Shown: positions 36,414-46,500 of the stretch, piece by piece
Layout of the letters: each line of letters opens with the position of its first letter
Position numbering within the stretch: the first letter of the stretch is position 1
Virus record (IMG/VR): IMGVR_UViG_3300006114_000002
Location: 1-63,125 of that record
Source: a virus
Taxonomy: Duplodnaviria > Caudoviricetes
DNA: 63,125 bases
Reading direction: 5' to 3' (one strand)
Program-made: the position numbers and the translations under genes
The notes under the pieces: generated by a model
Databases searched by the model: none
What the model was told of the DNA's origin: nothing
Seen by the model: the letters and a program-made list of their open reading frames with translations, nothing else

Positions 36414-37484
36414 TTATCTCGTGTAGTAACTTATGTTGGGCTGATAGTATATCGGCGACTTGTCTCTCTCCTCATCCTCCGCCTGCTGCAGCCACTTGGC
36501 GTACTGGCCCTCAAGGTACTGGATGCGTGCCAAGTCAACACCAGGCAACTGGATCGACATCTCGTGACTGAGCCAGGACTGTATCGCCATGAGCCAACGC
36601 TCGGGCACGTAGAGTTTGTTAGAGAGGTTACCGGCATCCATCAGTTTGGTCTCAATAACCAACTGAAAGCACTGGAAGTCATTGCTTGGAATCGGCCACA
36701 GATACATTCCTGGATCCAGCGTCCTGTCAAACCAGTACTGCAAAGATCTTTGGCTCGTAAACTGTTTATTTGGAAGGTTCCAGTAGTCGTCCCTATTAAG
36801 TCTGGCTAGTGGAATATCTTGCTGCGTGTATGAGAATACAATCTGTCGAAGAGAAAATACTGTGCCTGAAGTTGACCGGAGTCGGTAAAAATAGTGCGAT
36901 TGGGAAGGATCAATTTCGTAATAAAACCATTCCTTGTCGGAGAGAGTAACTGCTGGTAACGTCTGCGCCGTGATCCAAGTAACACCATCCTCGCTTGACT
37001 CTAGAATCAAGTTGTATGTGGCGGTTCCGCTCCCGGGGACGTAGGCATTAAAGCCAACCTGAAACATGCGCTGAGGGCTCTGGTATGCGGCACCAAACCA
37101 GTTTTCAGTAAGTGTAGAGGTTGCAAAAGTGCTGAGTGTGCCATCGAAAATTGCGGGGGATCCGATGTTATCTATCGGCAGAGCTGAAGATATTTGAGGC
37201 GTTACTAGATACCTCCAGTTTGCCTCACGCACGTCAATAGTCTCGGGAGCCATGGGCAGCACAGTCTGGTCTGCAACTGTACCGAGCAGCACAGACTTCA
37301 GCATCCACAGGTTTACACCACGGTTGGAGAGGTTCATCAGGATGTAGTAAAGCGCCTGCTTTGCGGCGTTTATATACTCCGGAGTCTGCTCCTCGGCCGT
37401 CTTACCAGCCGCACGGAAGGCATACTCAATGAGTTGCCCGACCGTGATCTGGGTCTGGTTGTAAGTGCCCGAGTAGTCGGCCAT
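36414..37484 (-). CDS. Head-tail adaptor with inserted beta-sandwich
   Basis: IEYAF...NRGVNLW; R..RDDY.NLPNK; YLWP.P; P.RW..AI. Confidence 0.6.
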   Translation of the reverse strand: MADYSGTYNQTQITVGQLIEYAFRAAGKTAEEQTPEYINAAKQALYYILMNLSNRGVNLWMLKSVLLGTVADQTVLPMAPETIDVREANWRYLVTPQISSALPIDNIGSPAIFDGTLSTFATSTLTENWFGAAYQSPQRMFQVGFNAYVPGSGTATYNLILESSEDGVTWITAQTLPAVTLSDKEWFYYEIDPSQSHYFYRLRSTSGTVFSLRQIVFSYTQQDIPLARLNRDDYWNLPNKQFTSQRSLQYWFDRTLDPGMYLWPIPSNDFQCFQLVIETKLMDAGNLSNKLYVPERWLMAIQSWLSHEMSIQLPGVDLARIQYLEGQYAKWLQQAEDEERDKSPIYYQPNISYYTR

Positions 37485-37487
37485 CTG

Positions 37488-37655
37488 CTATCGCCCCCTG
37501 CCGGATGCCTTTTTGGGCACCTTGTTGGGCAAGTTTTTGCTGGCGGCCCCCGCCTTGACAAACTCCTTGCCCACCTTTTTGGGGATGCCGATATTGCTCT
37601 TACCCTCTGCTGCGGCGTACATCGCCTTGCGTTGAGCCTCTGATTTTATTGGCAT
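37488..37655 (-). CDS. Small basic protein (55 aa, below ORF-track cutoff)
   Basis: [35 protein letters not shown]. Confidence 0.65.
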   Translation of the reverse strand: MPIKSEAQRKAMYAAAEGKSNIGIPKKVGKEFVKAGAASKNLPNKVPKKASGRGR

Positions 37656-37664
37656 ACCGCCCCC

Positions 37665-38495
37665 TTAGTAAGGATCGCTTAGACCGTTTGCACCATGGTA
37701 GTGGTGGTGAATGTGGACGTCGCCGCCCTCATTGTAGCGGCCTGGGGTAATCCCTGGCTGCGCAGGTGCGTTTGTGGCTGCACGTCCCAAGTTTGTAGGT
37801 TGCGCCGCACCGAGAGTCGCAGCATCCATTGCGTTACCTGCGGCTGCTGCACGGCCCATCATTCCAGGCTGCTGCTGTGCCAAATTTTGCATGTCCCGGC
37901 GTGCCTGTGCATTTTGTGCCGTTGTACCCATAAACTTATCACGCAAGTATTCAGCCACGCTGCGTCCATCTGCATATCCAGGAAGATCTTCCTGAGCCTG
38001 GAAAGGTGTCTCAGTCAATGCAGCCGAGGGTGCCATGGCTTTCTTGTCGCCGGTTGGTTTGACTTTTCTCGTCTTGTCCACGCCGTCGGATGGCTTGCTC
38101 TTCTCTTTCTCGACATCGCTGCCACGGAAGTTAGACTTTTCTGCCGCCTTGGATGGGGCTGCAGCCTTTTTGGGTACAATTTTCTTCTCCTCGGCTATCG
38201 CTTTTTTGTCGGCCTCATCCTTTTTGGCACCATACACACCGCCGCCGGTCTTGTACTTTTTGACTGTACCGCAGTCTTTTTTGGCACGACCGCCACGCTT
38301 GAGTTTAATCTCGGTCGGCTCTTTATCGTGCTCGGCCTCATCGTGCTGTTTGAAGCTCTTCTTGATCATGGCCTTGTCTTTCGACTCGTCCCGCTTTTCC
38401 TCAAGTTTGAGCTCTTTTTTGGTGACGTAGTCACTCTTAATGTGACCGCCTTCCTTAAAGCACTGCATCTTTGGTAACTTTTTGAAGCCTTCCAT
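37665..38495 (-). CDS. Basic virion protein with five xKxGG/YADG motifs
   Basis: FKEGG, LKRGG, YKTGG, YADGR, YNEGG. Confidence 0.7.
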   Translation of the reverse strand: MEGFKKLPKMQCFKEGGHIKSDYVTKKELKLEEKRDESKDKAMIKKSFKQHDEAEHDKEPTEIKLKRGGRAKKDCGTVKKYKTGGGVYGAKKDEADKKAIAEEKKIVPKKAAAPSKAAEKSNFRGSDVEKEKSKPSDGVDKTRKVKPTGDKKAMAPSAALTETPFQAQEDLPGYADGRSVAEYLRDKFMGTTAQNAQARRDMQNLAQQQPGMMGRAAAAGNAMDAATLGAAQPTNLGRAATNAPAQPGITPGRYNEGGDVHIHHHYHGANGLSDPY

Positions 38496-38547
38496 TTTTA
38501 TTTCCCTAGGGTAAGTTGTTATTTTTCAGGGGTGATCAATCCCTGCC

Positions 38548-38584
38548 TATTACTACTAATGCAAAAAATTGGATTTTTATGCCC
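38548..38584 (-). promoter_or_regulatory. Late promoter (bipartite)
   Basis: GGGC-N15-TTTGCATTAGTAG-TAAT-A. Confidence 0.8.
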
Positions 38585-39116
38585 CAATCATCTCAATAGC
38601 AACCTTTTCAACCTGAGCCACTCGAGCCAGCCAGCCCTTGCCGTATCGTGGGTAGGTCGGCAGGTTCTCATAGTGGTGAATCTTCTCAGAGCCAAACTTT
38701 TTGGCCAATGCGATCGGGTCGGCGGTTTTTACTGCAAGCATGGTGTTTGGGCCAAGGACCCCATCATCGGAGAGCTTGAGGGCCTTCTGGAGCGTTTTGA
38801 CGCTAGTCTTCGGCCCGGCATTGATACCGAAATCAAACAGCAGGTAGTCTATCCCGACCGGTAAAGAGTCCCCGGAGACCTTGTCCCAGTACTCTTTTTT
38901 GTACAGGGGTTTGACGTCCTCTTTTGTCAATTTACGTATGTCGTCCTGCGTGACTTGGTGCCCGACGTAGGCCTCCCAAGTTTTCTGCGTACAGCCCCAG
39001 ATTGTGCAACCCTGGCGACCGTCCGGCATCCTGTTGCCGGGATCGTTTTGATCGTTTGTAAAACCACCCTCACTTTTGATAACAAGCTCAAATGATTTAT
39101 CCCAATTATTAAGCAT
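38577..39116 (-). CDS. Endolysin, glycoside hydrolase 108 + peptidoglycan-binding domain
   Basis: SEGGF.ND..DPG..T..G.T; Y...YW; LP.G.D...FD...N.G; DG.LGP.T; YGKGWL.R. Confidence 0.9.
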   Translation of the reverse strand: MLNNWDKSFELVIKSEGGFTNDQNDPGNRMPDGRQGCTIWGCTQKTWEAYVGHQVTQDDIRKLTKEDVKPLYKKEYWDKVSGDSLPVGIDYLLFDFGINAGPKTSVKTLQKALKLSDDGVLGPNTMLAVKTADPIALAKKFGSEKIHHYENLPTYPRYGKGWLARVAQVEKVAIEMIGA

Positions 39117-39318
39117 TATCTTTACCTATTTTTATACCAGCTATAGTCCCAACAAAAGCACCTACAATCGTATTAAATGCGGGTGTTATCATTTTAAATA
39201 TTTCGTTGTTATCTACTTGAGGGTCAAACAATCCTACCAAAACCACTCCCACAGTCGCTACCATAACCATCGATAATGTTGCGCAACACAACATTGTTAT
39301 CCTATCCGCTACGTTCAT
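39109..39318 (-). CDS. Two-TM membrane protein (holin/antiholin-like)
   Basis: Two hydrophobic helices in lysis cassette. Confidence 0.55.
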   Translation of the reverse strand: MNVADRITMLCCATLSMVMVATVGVVLVGLFDPQVDNNEIFKMITPAFNTIVGAFVGTIAGIKIGKDNA

Positions 39319-39734
39319 TTGACCTCCAAGTTTTGCCTGACCCAGTCCTGCAGCGTTATGAGCTGGACTGTGGTTTGAGCACATCGTCCAACAAATTCTG
39401 GGTCGGAGGCGATTTTAATAACTCTGGTGGGGGCGATGGAAATGGTGGGCACGTTACCGCCACCGGTACCGGCGTGCTGCACGCCGACAGAATAAGCACC
39501 GTTGACAGCAGCAAGGCGAGCCTCGTAGCTATTTTTAATACCCGTGTTGACAATTTGATGCTCCCTCTCAATGTTTTGGTTAGCAAGCTCCTGAGCCTTT
39601 CCGACGGCCGCCGTCTCAGCCTGGAACCTGATAAATTTTTCGTGCTCGCTTGAGTATCCCTTAAAGTAGGCGAATACAATCGCAGCTATCACGATCCCTA
39701 TCTTGATCCACGTGAGTGTCGGTATCGGAAACAT
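39315..39734 (-). CDS. i-spanin (Rz-like)
   Basis: N-terminal TM, coiled periplasmic part, C...QL..LQ.W C-terminus. Confidence 0.75.
   Translation of the reverse strand: MFPIPTLTWIKIGIVIAAIVFAYFKGYSSEHEKFIRFQAETAAVGKAQELANQNIEREHQIVNTGIKNSYEARLAAVNGAYSVGVQHAGTGGGNVPTISIAPTRVIKIASDPEFVGRCAQTTVQLITLQDWVRQNLEVK
39356..39553 (-). CDS. o-spanin (Rz1-like lipoprotein) embedded in i-spanin
   Basis: TTG start after GGGAG; lipobox LSAC; Pro-rich CPPFPSPPPELLKSPP. Confidence 0.75.
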   Translation of the reverse strand: MSTRVLKIATRLALLLSTVLILSACSTPVPVAVTCPPFPSPPPELLKSPPTQNLLDDVLKPQSSS

Positions 39735-39958
39735 TACTGTGGCTCCGTGTCTTTCTTCATCATCACCGCAGCACCATGTGCTCCACTGATGATCCCTACA
39801 GACTCCGCAAACTCTCGTATGCTGAAACCTGCATGGTTCATCACCTCATAGATAGCGAGCCCGATGACTACAGCGAGCGAGATCAGCCAGGACCACCTTG
39901 CGATGTCGTTGGTCTGGTTATCTTTCCCTGTCAGTATCTGGCTGATGATGTCTTTCAT
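39734..39958 (-). CDS. Holin-like membrane protein
   Basis: Two hydrophobic segments, lysis cassette. Confidence 0.55.
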   Translation of the reverse strand: MKDIISQILTGKDNQTNDIARWSWLISLAVVIGLAIYEVMNHAGFSIREFAESVGIISGAHGAAVMMKKDTEPQ

Positions 39959-40164
39959 TTTACAAAATGACTCGCAAAGTATCCAAACACGGAGCTTATC
40001 GCCGATACAAAAATTATGCCGACCCAGAACCCGCCACGAGATTTGTTGGCGAGCGTCAGGAGCTGCTCCATGTTGTGCTCAAGTTTGTCTATCTTTTTTT
40101 CAAGTGCTTCGACGGTAGCCACCAGTTTCCCATACTCGTAGAGGTCTATGTTATCGTTTGACAT
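39955..40164 (-). CDS. Coiled-coil + TM protein
   Basis: YGKL.A.V..L...LANKSRGG.W + TM. Confidence 0.65.
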   Translation of the reverse strand: MSNDNIDLYEYGKLVATVEALEKKIDKLEHNMEQLLTLANKSRGGFWVGIIFVSAISSVFGYFASHFVK

Positions 40165-40180
40165 TTTAGCTATTCAACTT

Positions 40181-40507
40181 TTAATTTGTTGACCATGGCA
40201 ACGGGGCCGGCTGTGGTGTGGGTGACTCCTGCTCCGTTATTTGAGACTGCACCTCTGACTCCATCGATGCGATACGGTCGGGTCCAAGTGCATCCTGCGT
40301 CCACTGAATAGCCTGACTTTGAGTTATCTGATTGTACGGAGTAAAGTTGGATGCACTCGCCGGTAGTAAATTTACGGAGTACGTTACTTGGCCCGACTTG
40401 ACTCCGTCGGAGCCAACCAGCGTGAAGTTGGATATCACGGCAGTATTCGGTTCCGGTGTCTGTGAGACTAGGAGATTGTTAACCCTCCACGTGTATGTAG
40501 TAGCCAT
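40181..40507 (-). CDS. Tail-fibre-associated protein
   Basis: TYTW....F.PY..IT......W...ALG...PLPW. Confidence 0.65.
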   Translation of the reverse strand: MATTYTWRVNNLLVSQTPEPNTAVISNFTLVGSDGVKSGQVTYSVNLLPASASNFTPYNQITQSQAIQWTQDALGPDRIASMESEVQSQITEQESPTPQPAPLPWSTN

Positions 40508-40514
40508 GTTTTCC

Positions 40515-40694
40515 TCAGTCTTGTATTGGAGTTATTGGGGCCTGTACAATCGCAGAGGCCTGCTGCTGTTGTTGAATCTTTGCACACAACGGAAACGCTC
40601 CGGATTTTGTTGGCAACTCACCAAGGACTTGCAGCACAAAATTTATCTCTTCCGAAGTTAATTTAAGTGGTACTTCTTTTATTGCGTCATTCAT
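40515..40694 (-). CDS. Small fibre-associated protein (59 aa, below ORF-track cutoff)
   Basis: MNDAIKEVPLKLTSEEINFVLQVLGELPTKSGAFPLCAKIQQQQQ... Confidence 0.65.
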   Translation of the reverse strand: MNDAIKEVPLKLTSEEINFVLQVLGELPTKSGAFPLCAKIQQQQQASAIVQAPITPIQD

Positions 40695-40699
40695 TTAAT

Positions 40700-42517
40700 T
40701 TACCCTACCAATAGTCTGCGAGATATGCCGTTCGAGTCTGCAATAGTAATATATCCTGCCGGCGTAAGTGCGCCCGAGGTGTAAGTGCCAAACTGAACCA
40801 GCCCGGTGCCCTTGGGGACAAGTGCAACTCCGATGTTAGTATCAGATCCGTTTGCTGTCAATAATACGGGATTGCCTGTCGAAGATCCGTAACTTAATAC
40901 AAAGTTAACTGCGGATGAATTGCTTCCTATACCAAATTGAGTAGCTCCCCCTGCAAAAAATAAATGTGCCCCATTTCCTTTCGTGCTGTAAGTTAAATAA
41001 ATATTTGCATCAGAACCTGCTGAAGATATTACAGGGCCATTGTTAGTTGTGTTTCCAGTAACCTGCAAATAGTTAACTGCTAACGCTGTACTTGCTATAA
41101 AAAATTGAGGATCTCTAAAATTATTTGAGTAATAACCAATTGCCCCGTTACCTTTTGAGCTGGTTACAATTGAAATATTTGTATCACTACCTTGTGCTAA
41201 TAATGAAGGTCCACTACCCGTAGCTGCACCCGACACTTGTAAGTAGTTAACTGCTGATGCTGCGCTTGACACAAAAAATTGTGGGTTGCTATAGCTATTT
41301 GAGTAATAGCCAATTGATCCATTACCCTTTGAAGTTATTGAAAACCCAATATTGGTATCACTACCTTGTACAGATAAACCGGGGGAATTACCCGTAGTTG
41401 CCGCTGTTGTCTGCAAATAATTAACTGCTGATGCTGTGCTTGTCACGTTAAACTGAAGTGCGCCCACTCCGTTTTGGAAAGCTGAATAATTATTTGATGT
41501 TAGATAAACACCGCCCGTCCCTTTTGCTTGGAGTATAACGGGAATATTTGTATCACTACCTTGTGCAGATAATGAAGGCGCATTTCCAGTTGTATTCCCT
41601 GACGCTTGAATGTAATTTACCGCACTAGAAACAGTCGGAACGTATAAAGACTGCGACCCCGATGCACCACCCAGATAAGAGTTACCTTTTACTGTGAAGT
41701 TTGTACCATCAAAGGTCAAGTTGGTTGAGGATTGGAATGCGCTCGTACCGTTGCCGTACGGGATGTAATTGGCTGTAAGTGATGTCAATCCAGTACCGCC
41801 GCCGTTAACCCCGAGTGTGCCAAACGCAGGGGCACCTGCTCCTGCGCTTATCAAAGGCTGCCCACTTGTCCCAGCAGCACTATAGGCGTGCGCTGTACCA
41901 GTACCGTACCCGACGCCTCCGGCTGTTGGCGTGGCCGTAGAGTTGGTTCCACCGGCAGAGATGGGGAGCGTGCCGGTCGTCAGTGCAGATGTTGAGGTTG
42001 CATAGACCGCACCATTGGTAGAGAATGAGGTTAATCCAGTCCCACCGTTTGTAGTGGCCAGAGTGCCGCCCAGAGTAATTGCGCCAGTGGTAGCCGTATT
42101 TGGTGTAAACCCGGTAGTCCCTGCGCTGAAGGTGCTGACGAAGTTACCCGTCAAAGCCGATGTCGGGATCGTCGTTGATGCCGTCATGGTACCCGTACCG
42201 TTGCCGTAAACGTAGCCAGTCAACGTCGTTGCACCAGTACCGCCAGATGCCGCACCGAGCGTACCAGCCAGCGTCACTGCGCCCGTGGTTGATGTCGATG
42301 GCGTCAGGCCCGATAAAGATGTCTGGAACGATGATACGTTGACGTTGCCTGCCTTGCTGGCAATAACCTGGACGACGCCAGAGTTGTCTTTGTAGTACAG
42401 CTTTCCGTCCGTGATATTGATCGCAAGCTCACCACTGACCAGATTGGCGGCCAGCGGTGCACTCGCCGCAGTTGTGCTGTAGTAGTGTTGCAGTGGTGTA
42501 AACCCTGACTGTGCCAT
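40700..42517 (-). CDS. Tail fibre protein
   Basis: GELAIN.TDGKLYYK N-terminus, GGTG repeats, five ~53-aa AVNY.Q..GSDTNI..KG.G repeats. Confidence 0.8.
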   Translation of the reverse strand: MAQSGFTPLQHYYSTTAASAPLAANLVSGELAINITDGKLYYKDNSGVVQVIASKAGNVNVSSFQTSLSGLTPSTSTTGAVTLAGTLGAASGGTGATTLTGYVYGNGTGTMTASTTIPTSALTGNFVSTFSAGTTGFTPNTATTGAITLGGTLATTNGGTGLTSFSTNGAVYATSTSALTTGTLPISAGGTNSTATPTAGGVGYGTGTAHAYSAAGTSGQPLISAGAGAPAFGTLGVNGGGTGLTSLTANYIPYGNGTSAFQSSTNLTFDGTNFTVKGNSYLGGASGSQSLYVPTVSSAVNYIQASGNTTGNAPSLSAQGSDTNIPVILQAKGTGGVYLTSNNYSAFQNGVGALQFNVTSTASAVNYLQTTAATTGNSPGLSVQGSDTNIGFSITSKGNGSIGYYSNSYSNPQFFVSSAASAVNYLQVSGAATGSGPSLLAQGSDTNISIVTSSKGNGAIGYYSNNFRDPQFFIASTALAVNYLQVTGNTTNNGPVISSAGSDANIYLTYSTKGNGAHLFFAGGATQFGIGSNSSAVNFVLSYGSSTGNPVLLTANGSDTNIGVALVPKGTGLVQFGTYTSGALTPAGYITIADSNGISRRLLVG

Positions 42518-42518
42518 G

Positions 42519-43574
42519 TTATTTCCTGTAGTATTCCAAATTTGTTGTGAGTCTCAAATCGTTCGGGTCCAGATCTACCGCTATCTGCCCCTGCTCAATC
42601 GCCTCTTCCTTCAGCCCAAGGTTGTGGGCGGATATTGCCAGTAAATCGTGAGGCTTTGAGCCCCATACCGATGGATCCATCGTGTAGACCTCGGCCTTGT
42701 CTGTAATCTTTAGCGCACTCTTACAGGCCTCGTAACACTCTCGCCACATGCACCTGCGGTAGTAGATCATCGCCAACTCTACCCAAGGCTCTCTCGTGTT
42801 GGGGGCCTCGCTGCAGGCTTTTTTGAGCCACTCCGTGCCATCCTGACCAAGCTCCTCGTAGCAGGTACCCAGGAGCCTCATGGCGTAGCATCTTTCGTTT
42901 TGCCATGTCGCCTCAGGCATCTCCAGGTACTTGTTGAGTGCCGCTACGGCATCGAGCCACTTGCTGTAGAACGTCAACTCACGTGCATAGTAGAAGGCAT
43001 TCCTGGGGCACCTGGAGTCCTCGGTGACCGCCACCCTGAGTAGGTCCAGGTACTGCCCCCTTGACTTTGTCGGATCCGGTTTGTGGATCACGAGAAGCAT
43101 ATCCGTATGGGCCCAGACCTCTTTAGTCCTCAGATCGGGAACAGGATACTCATGGCAAGGATGGTGCCAGTGATAACCTTTTCTATGATGTATTTTTTCG
43201 TAGTGAAAAGCAATACCACAGCCCCAGTCGAACTTGTAACGCATTCGTGTAGTGTCATCTTTCCAGATTCTCTCAATCTCTTCCCGCCAACCCGGCTGGA
43301 GTTCCTCATCCAAGTCGAGTGAGACGCAGACATCCACGTCGCTCGGTATTAGTGCGAGTGCCGCATCACGGGCCTTGTCAAACCTCCATGGGCTGATAAA
43401 TATGTTGTGCACAACAGCATTGTGCCTCTTTGCCAGCTCGACCGTGTTGTCTGTTGATCCCGTGTCAGCTATCAGGATAATATCCGCATCCTTGGCTGAG
43501 TTACAAAATCTTTCGACAAACTGCTCCTCGTTCTTACAAATTGCATATACAGCAATTTTTAATTTTTTGTTCAT
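42519..43574 (-). CDS. Glycosyltransferase family 2 with TPR C-terminus
   Basis: I.KNEE, DTGSTD, FD.AR..AL, SLDLDE; helical TPR-like tail. Confidence 0.9.
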   Translation of the reverse strand: MNKKLKIAVYAICKNEEQFVERFCNSAKDADIILIADTGSTDNTVELAKRHNAVVHNIFISPWRFDKARDAALALIPSDVDVCVSLDLDEELQPGWREEIERIWKDDTTRMRYKFDWGCGIAFHYEKIHHRKGYHWHHPCHEYPVPDLRTKEVWAHTDMLLVIHKPDPTKSRGQYLDLLRVAVTEDSRCPRNAFYYARELTFYSKWLDAVAALNKYLEMPEATWQNERCYAMRLLGTCYEELGQDGTEWLKKACSEAPNTREPWVELAMIYYRRCMWRECYEACKSALKITDKAEVYTMDPSVWGSKPHDLLAISAHNLGLKEEAIEQGQIAVDLDPNDLRLTTNLEYYRK

Positions 43575-43577
43575 TGT

Positions 43578-46500
43578 TTAAAAGAATGCCCCAAAAAATA
43601 GTGCGTTTACAACCGTCACAACCACGGCACCGAAATTCCATCCGGTATTGTTGCTGACGTTGGTAGAATTATTTGCATTCCAGGTTGATGCCGGAGTTGC
43701 GTTTGAGTCTTGTATGCTTAAATAGTTTGATGTTACAGTTCCTCCCCCCGACTTTGTCAACGTCGCCTGAGTTCCCGGTGTGCTAGAGTTAAGCGTTACT
43801 AGGTTGCCAGATGTACCGTTGACATTGAAGTTGCTTACCGTTGTAGTGGTTCCGGCTGTAAAGGTTATTGTAGTCGGTTGTACCGTATTTGTAATGTTGG
43901 CAAACGTATTTGATCCAGTAATTGTCAACGTACCAGCACCGTCTTGGCTCAAAGTTGGGTAGGTAATACTGCCGCCTATGAATGTCTTTGCACTTGCGGA
44001 GTTGGTGCTTATCGTTCCTGTGCCTGTAACAGTCAATCCTGTCGGCGTAGTAGCATCAAAAACAGTACCAGAACCTGTCAGCGTAAGGGTGTTTGTACCC
44101 AAGGCAATAGTACGGGTAAGCGTTCCCGATGTCGATATTGACCCACAACTTAAATTGTGAGTATTAAGGTCAAGCGTTCTTTGCGTTAAAGTAATTGACT
44201 GCGTGGTAGCAACGGTTAAATTGTCCTGTAACTGCAAACCGCCAGATGTTGTTCCGTAAATGCTTACGGGGAAGTTTAGTGTTACGCCGTTACTTGTAAT
44301 CTGCTGCGTTGCAGTATTGGATGCTACGTTAAAAGTACCGCTTACTTGAGCCGTTGCCATTCCAGAGGAAAAGATTACGTTACCCTGCAAGTTTGTTGAC
44401 TGATTATTAAACGTACCAGTAAAGCCAGTAAAATTGATATTGCGGCAAAAGTAGTTTGATATTTGAACCGTATCAGAACCAGCATTAAAGTAGGCATCAA
44501 ATAGCACCGTACCACCAACACCAGAACCGTTAAGCTGTCGAGTTCCTGTCGCACCAGAATAAGTAAAATAAATTGGGATGACGCTGGTTGCAGTCATGTT
44601 TGTTTCGGGTGAAACAGTAAATATCGCCGCTGCATTACCTGTGACGTAAATACTACCTAAGTTTGCATTTAACGCCCTGACGTTGGAGTTACCAGATGCA
44701 AATATTCCGCACGTTAAAACTTTTCCGTTTAAATCTAGTGTTCCCGTTGTAAGGTTTAATGTCCTAGTGCTACCGATTGTTAGTGCATCTTGAAGTTGGT
44801 AAGTGTTTGTCCCGTTTAGAGCAATAGGGAAATCCATCGTTTTACCGTTGGATGTAATATTTTGCTGCGATAATGTCCCGGCAAATGTTGTTCCAGTTGC
44901 TCCTGCTGTAATTGTCATTCCCGTACTTAAAACTAAGTTTCCATACAAAGATCGGCCAATGTTGGTTAAAGTACCTGCAAAACCCGTAAAGTCTATTGTC
45001 CTAAAGTTTCCGTTTGGCGTGACTGTATCTGTGCCGCCAGTTATATATAGGTCTACAGCACTTGTTTCTAATACAGCACCAGTTGTAAATGTTCTTGTAC
45101 CCACAGAACCAGAATAAGTGGCAATAACAACCCTATTACCCGTAGCCAACATTGCAGGTGTACCGTTTGATACAAAAGTATTAGCCCCACTACCGTTTAC
45201 ATATAAAGTTGCTGTTCCAAATGCAAGAGTTCTTGAGTTGTTATTGCTTGAAGCAAAGAACCCGCAATTAAGTGTCTTGCTATTCATATCCAACGTGCCA
45301 GTAGTAAGCGTAATAATTCTGGTACTACCGACCGTCATTGCATCTTGCAGTTGATACGTATTTGTGCCGCTGAATGTAAGTGGAAAATCTAGCGTTTTAC
45401 CGTTTGTTGTAATGTTTTGTTGAGTAAGCGTTCCACTAAAAGACTGAGCGAGTGTTCCAGCAGTTAACGTCATGCCAGTAGATATAACTAAATTTCCATA
45501 AATATTTTTGGTGTTGTTGCTATATGTACCTGCAAAACCTGTAAAGTCTAAATTTAAAAATACAGTTGAAAGTGCAACAATATCTGTACCAGCAGATATG
45601 TTAATTGATACAGCGTTTGTTTCTGATCCACCAGCAGTATTACCCCAGTTAAATGTTCTAGTACCTGTAGCCCCTGAGTATGTTGCGTTTATAGTCGGAG
45701 TACCTGTGTAGGTAAACCCCGTTAAGGTTGCCCCGGCAAGAATTGTTCCGTTATTTGTGGCTAATGTAATATTTCCAGTACCAAACAATATTGAACGAGT
45801 ATTGGTATTTGACGAAGAAAATGAGCCTGCGGTTAATACTTTATTGTTTAAGTCTAGCGTTCCACTATTAAGCAAAGCTGCCCTAGTGCTGCCTAAAGTC
45901 ATTGCATCTTGAAGTTGAACTGTATTAGTGGATGATCCGCTACCGAAGTTAATTGGGAAATCTAGTGTCTTACCGTTTGTAGTTATATTTTGCTGCGTTA
46001 AACCAGCTATCGTCCAAGCGTTTGTTCCGGCGGTTAACGTCATTCCGGTAGATATAACCACGCTTCCACCAATAGCCAAAGCAGCATTACCTAGAGTACC
46101 TGCGTAACCTGTAAAGTTAAGACCACCTACAAGGAAGTTAACTGAAAATGTAAGTGCGTATGTACCACCAGTAAACGCATAGTTAAACGGGTTTGTTACG
46201 TTGGGAGTTTGAATTGTTATAGCCGTAGAGCCAGTACTCGTTACGTTGACGTTTGATGATCCTGTTATGGTTAAGCCAGTATATGTTAAACAACCTATAA
46301 CTGTACCAGTACCGCCTACGTTTAAAGAGCCAGAAACACCGAAAGCTAAAGTTCTAGTATTTGAGTTTGATGACGAAAACAATCCAGTAGTTAGTGTCTT
46401 GTTATTTAAGTCTAACGTACCCGTTGTCAGCGTCAGTGTTCTCGCTGAACTTGTAGTTAAAGCATCTTGTAATTGATAAGTATTAGTTCCACTAAATGTA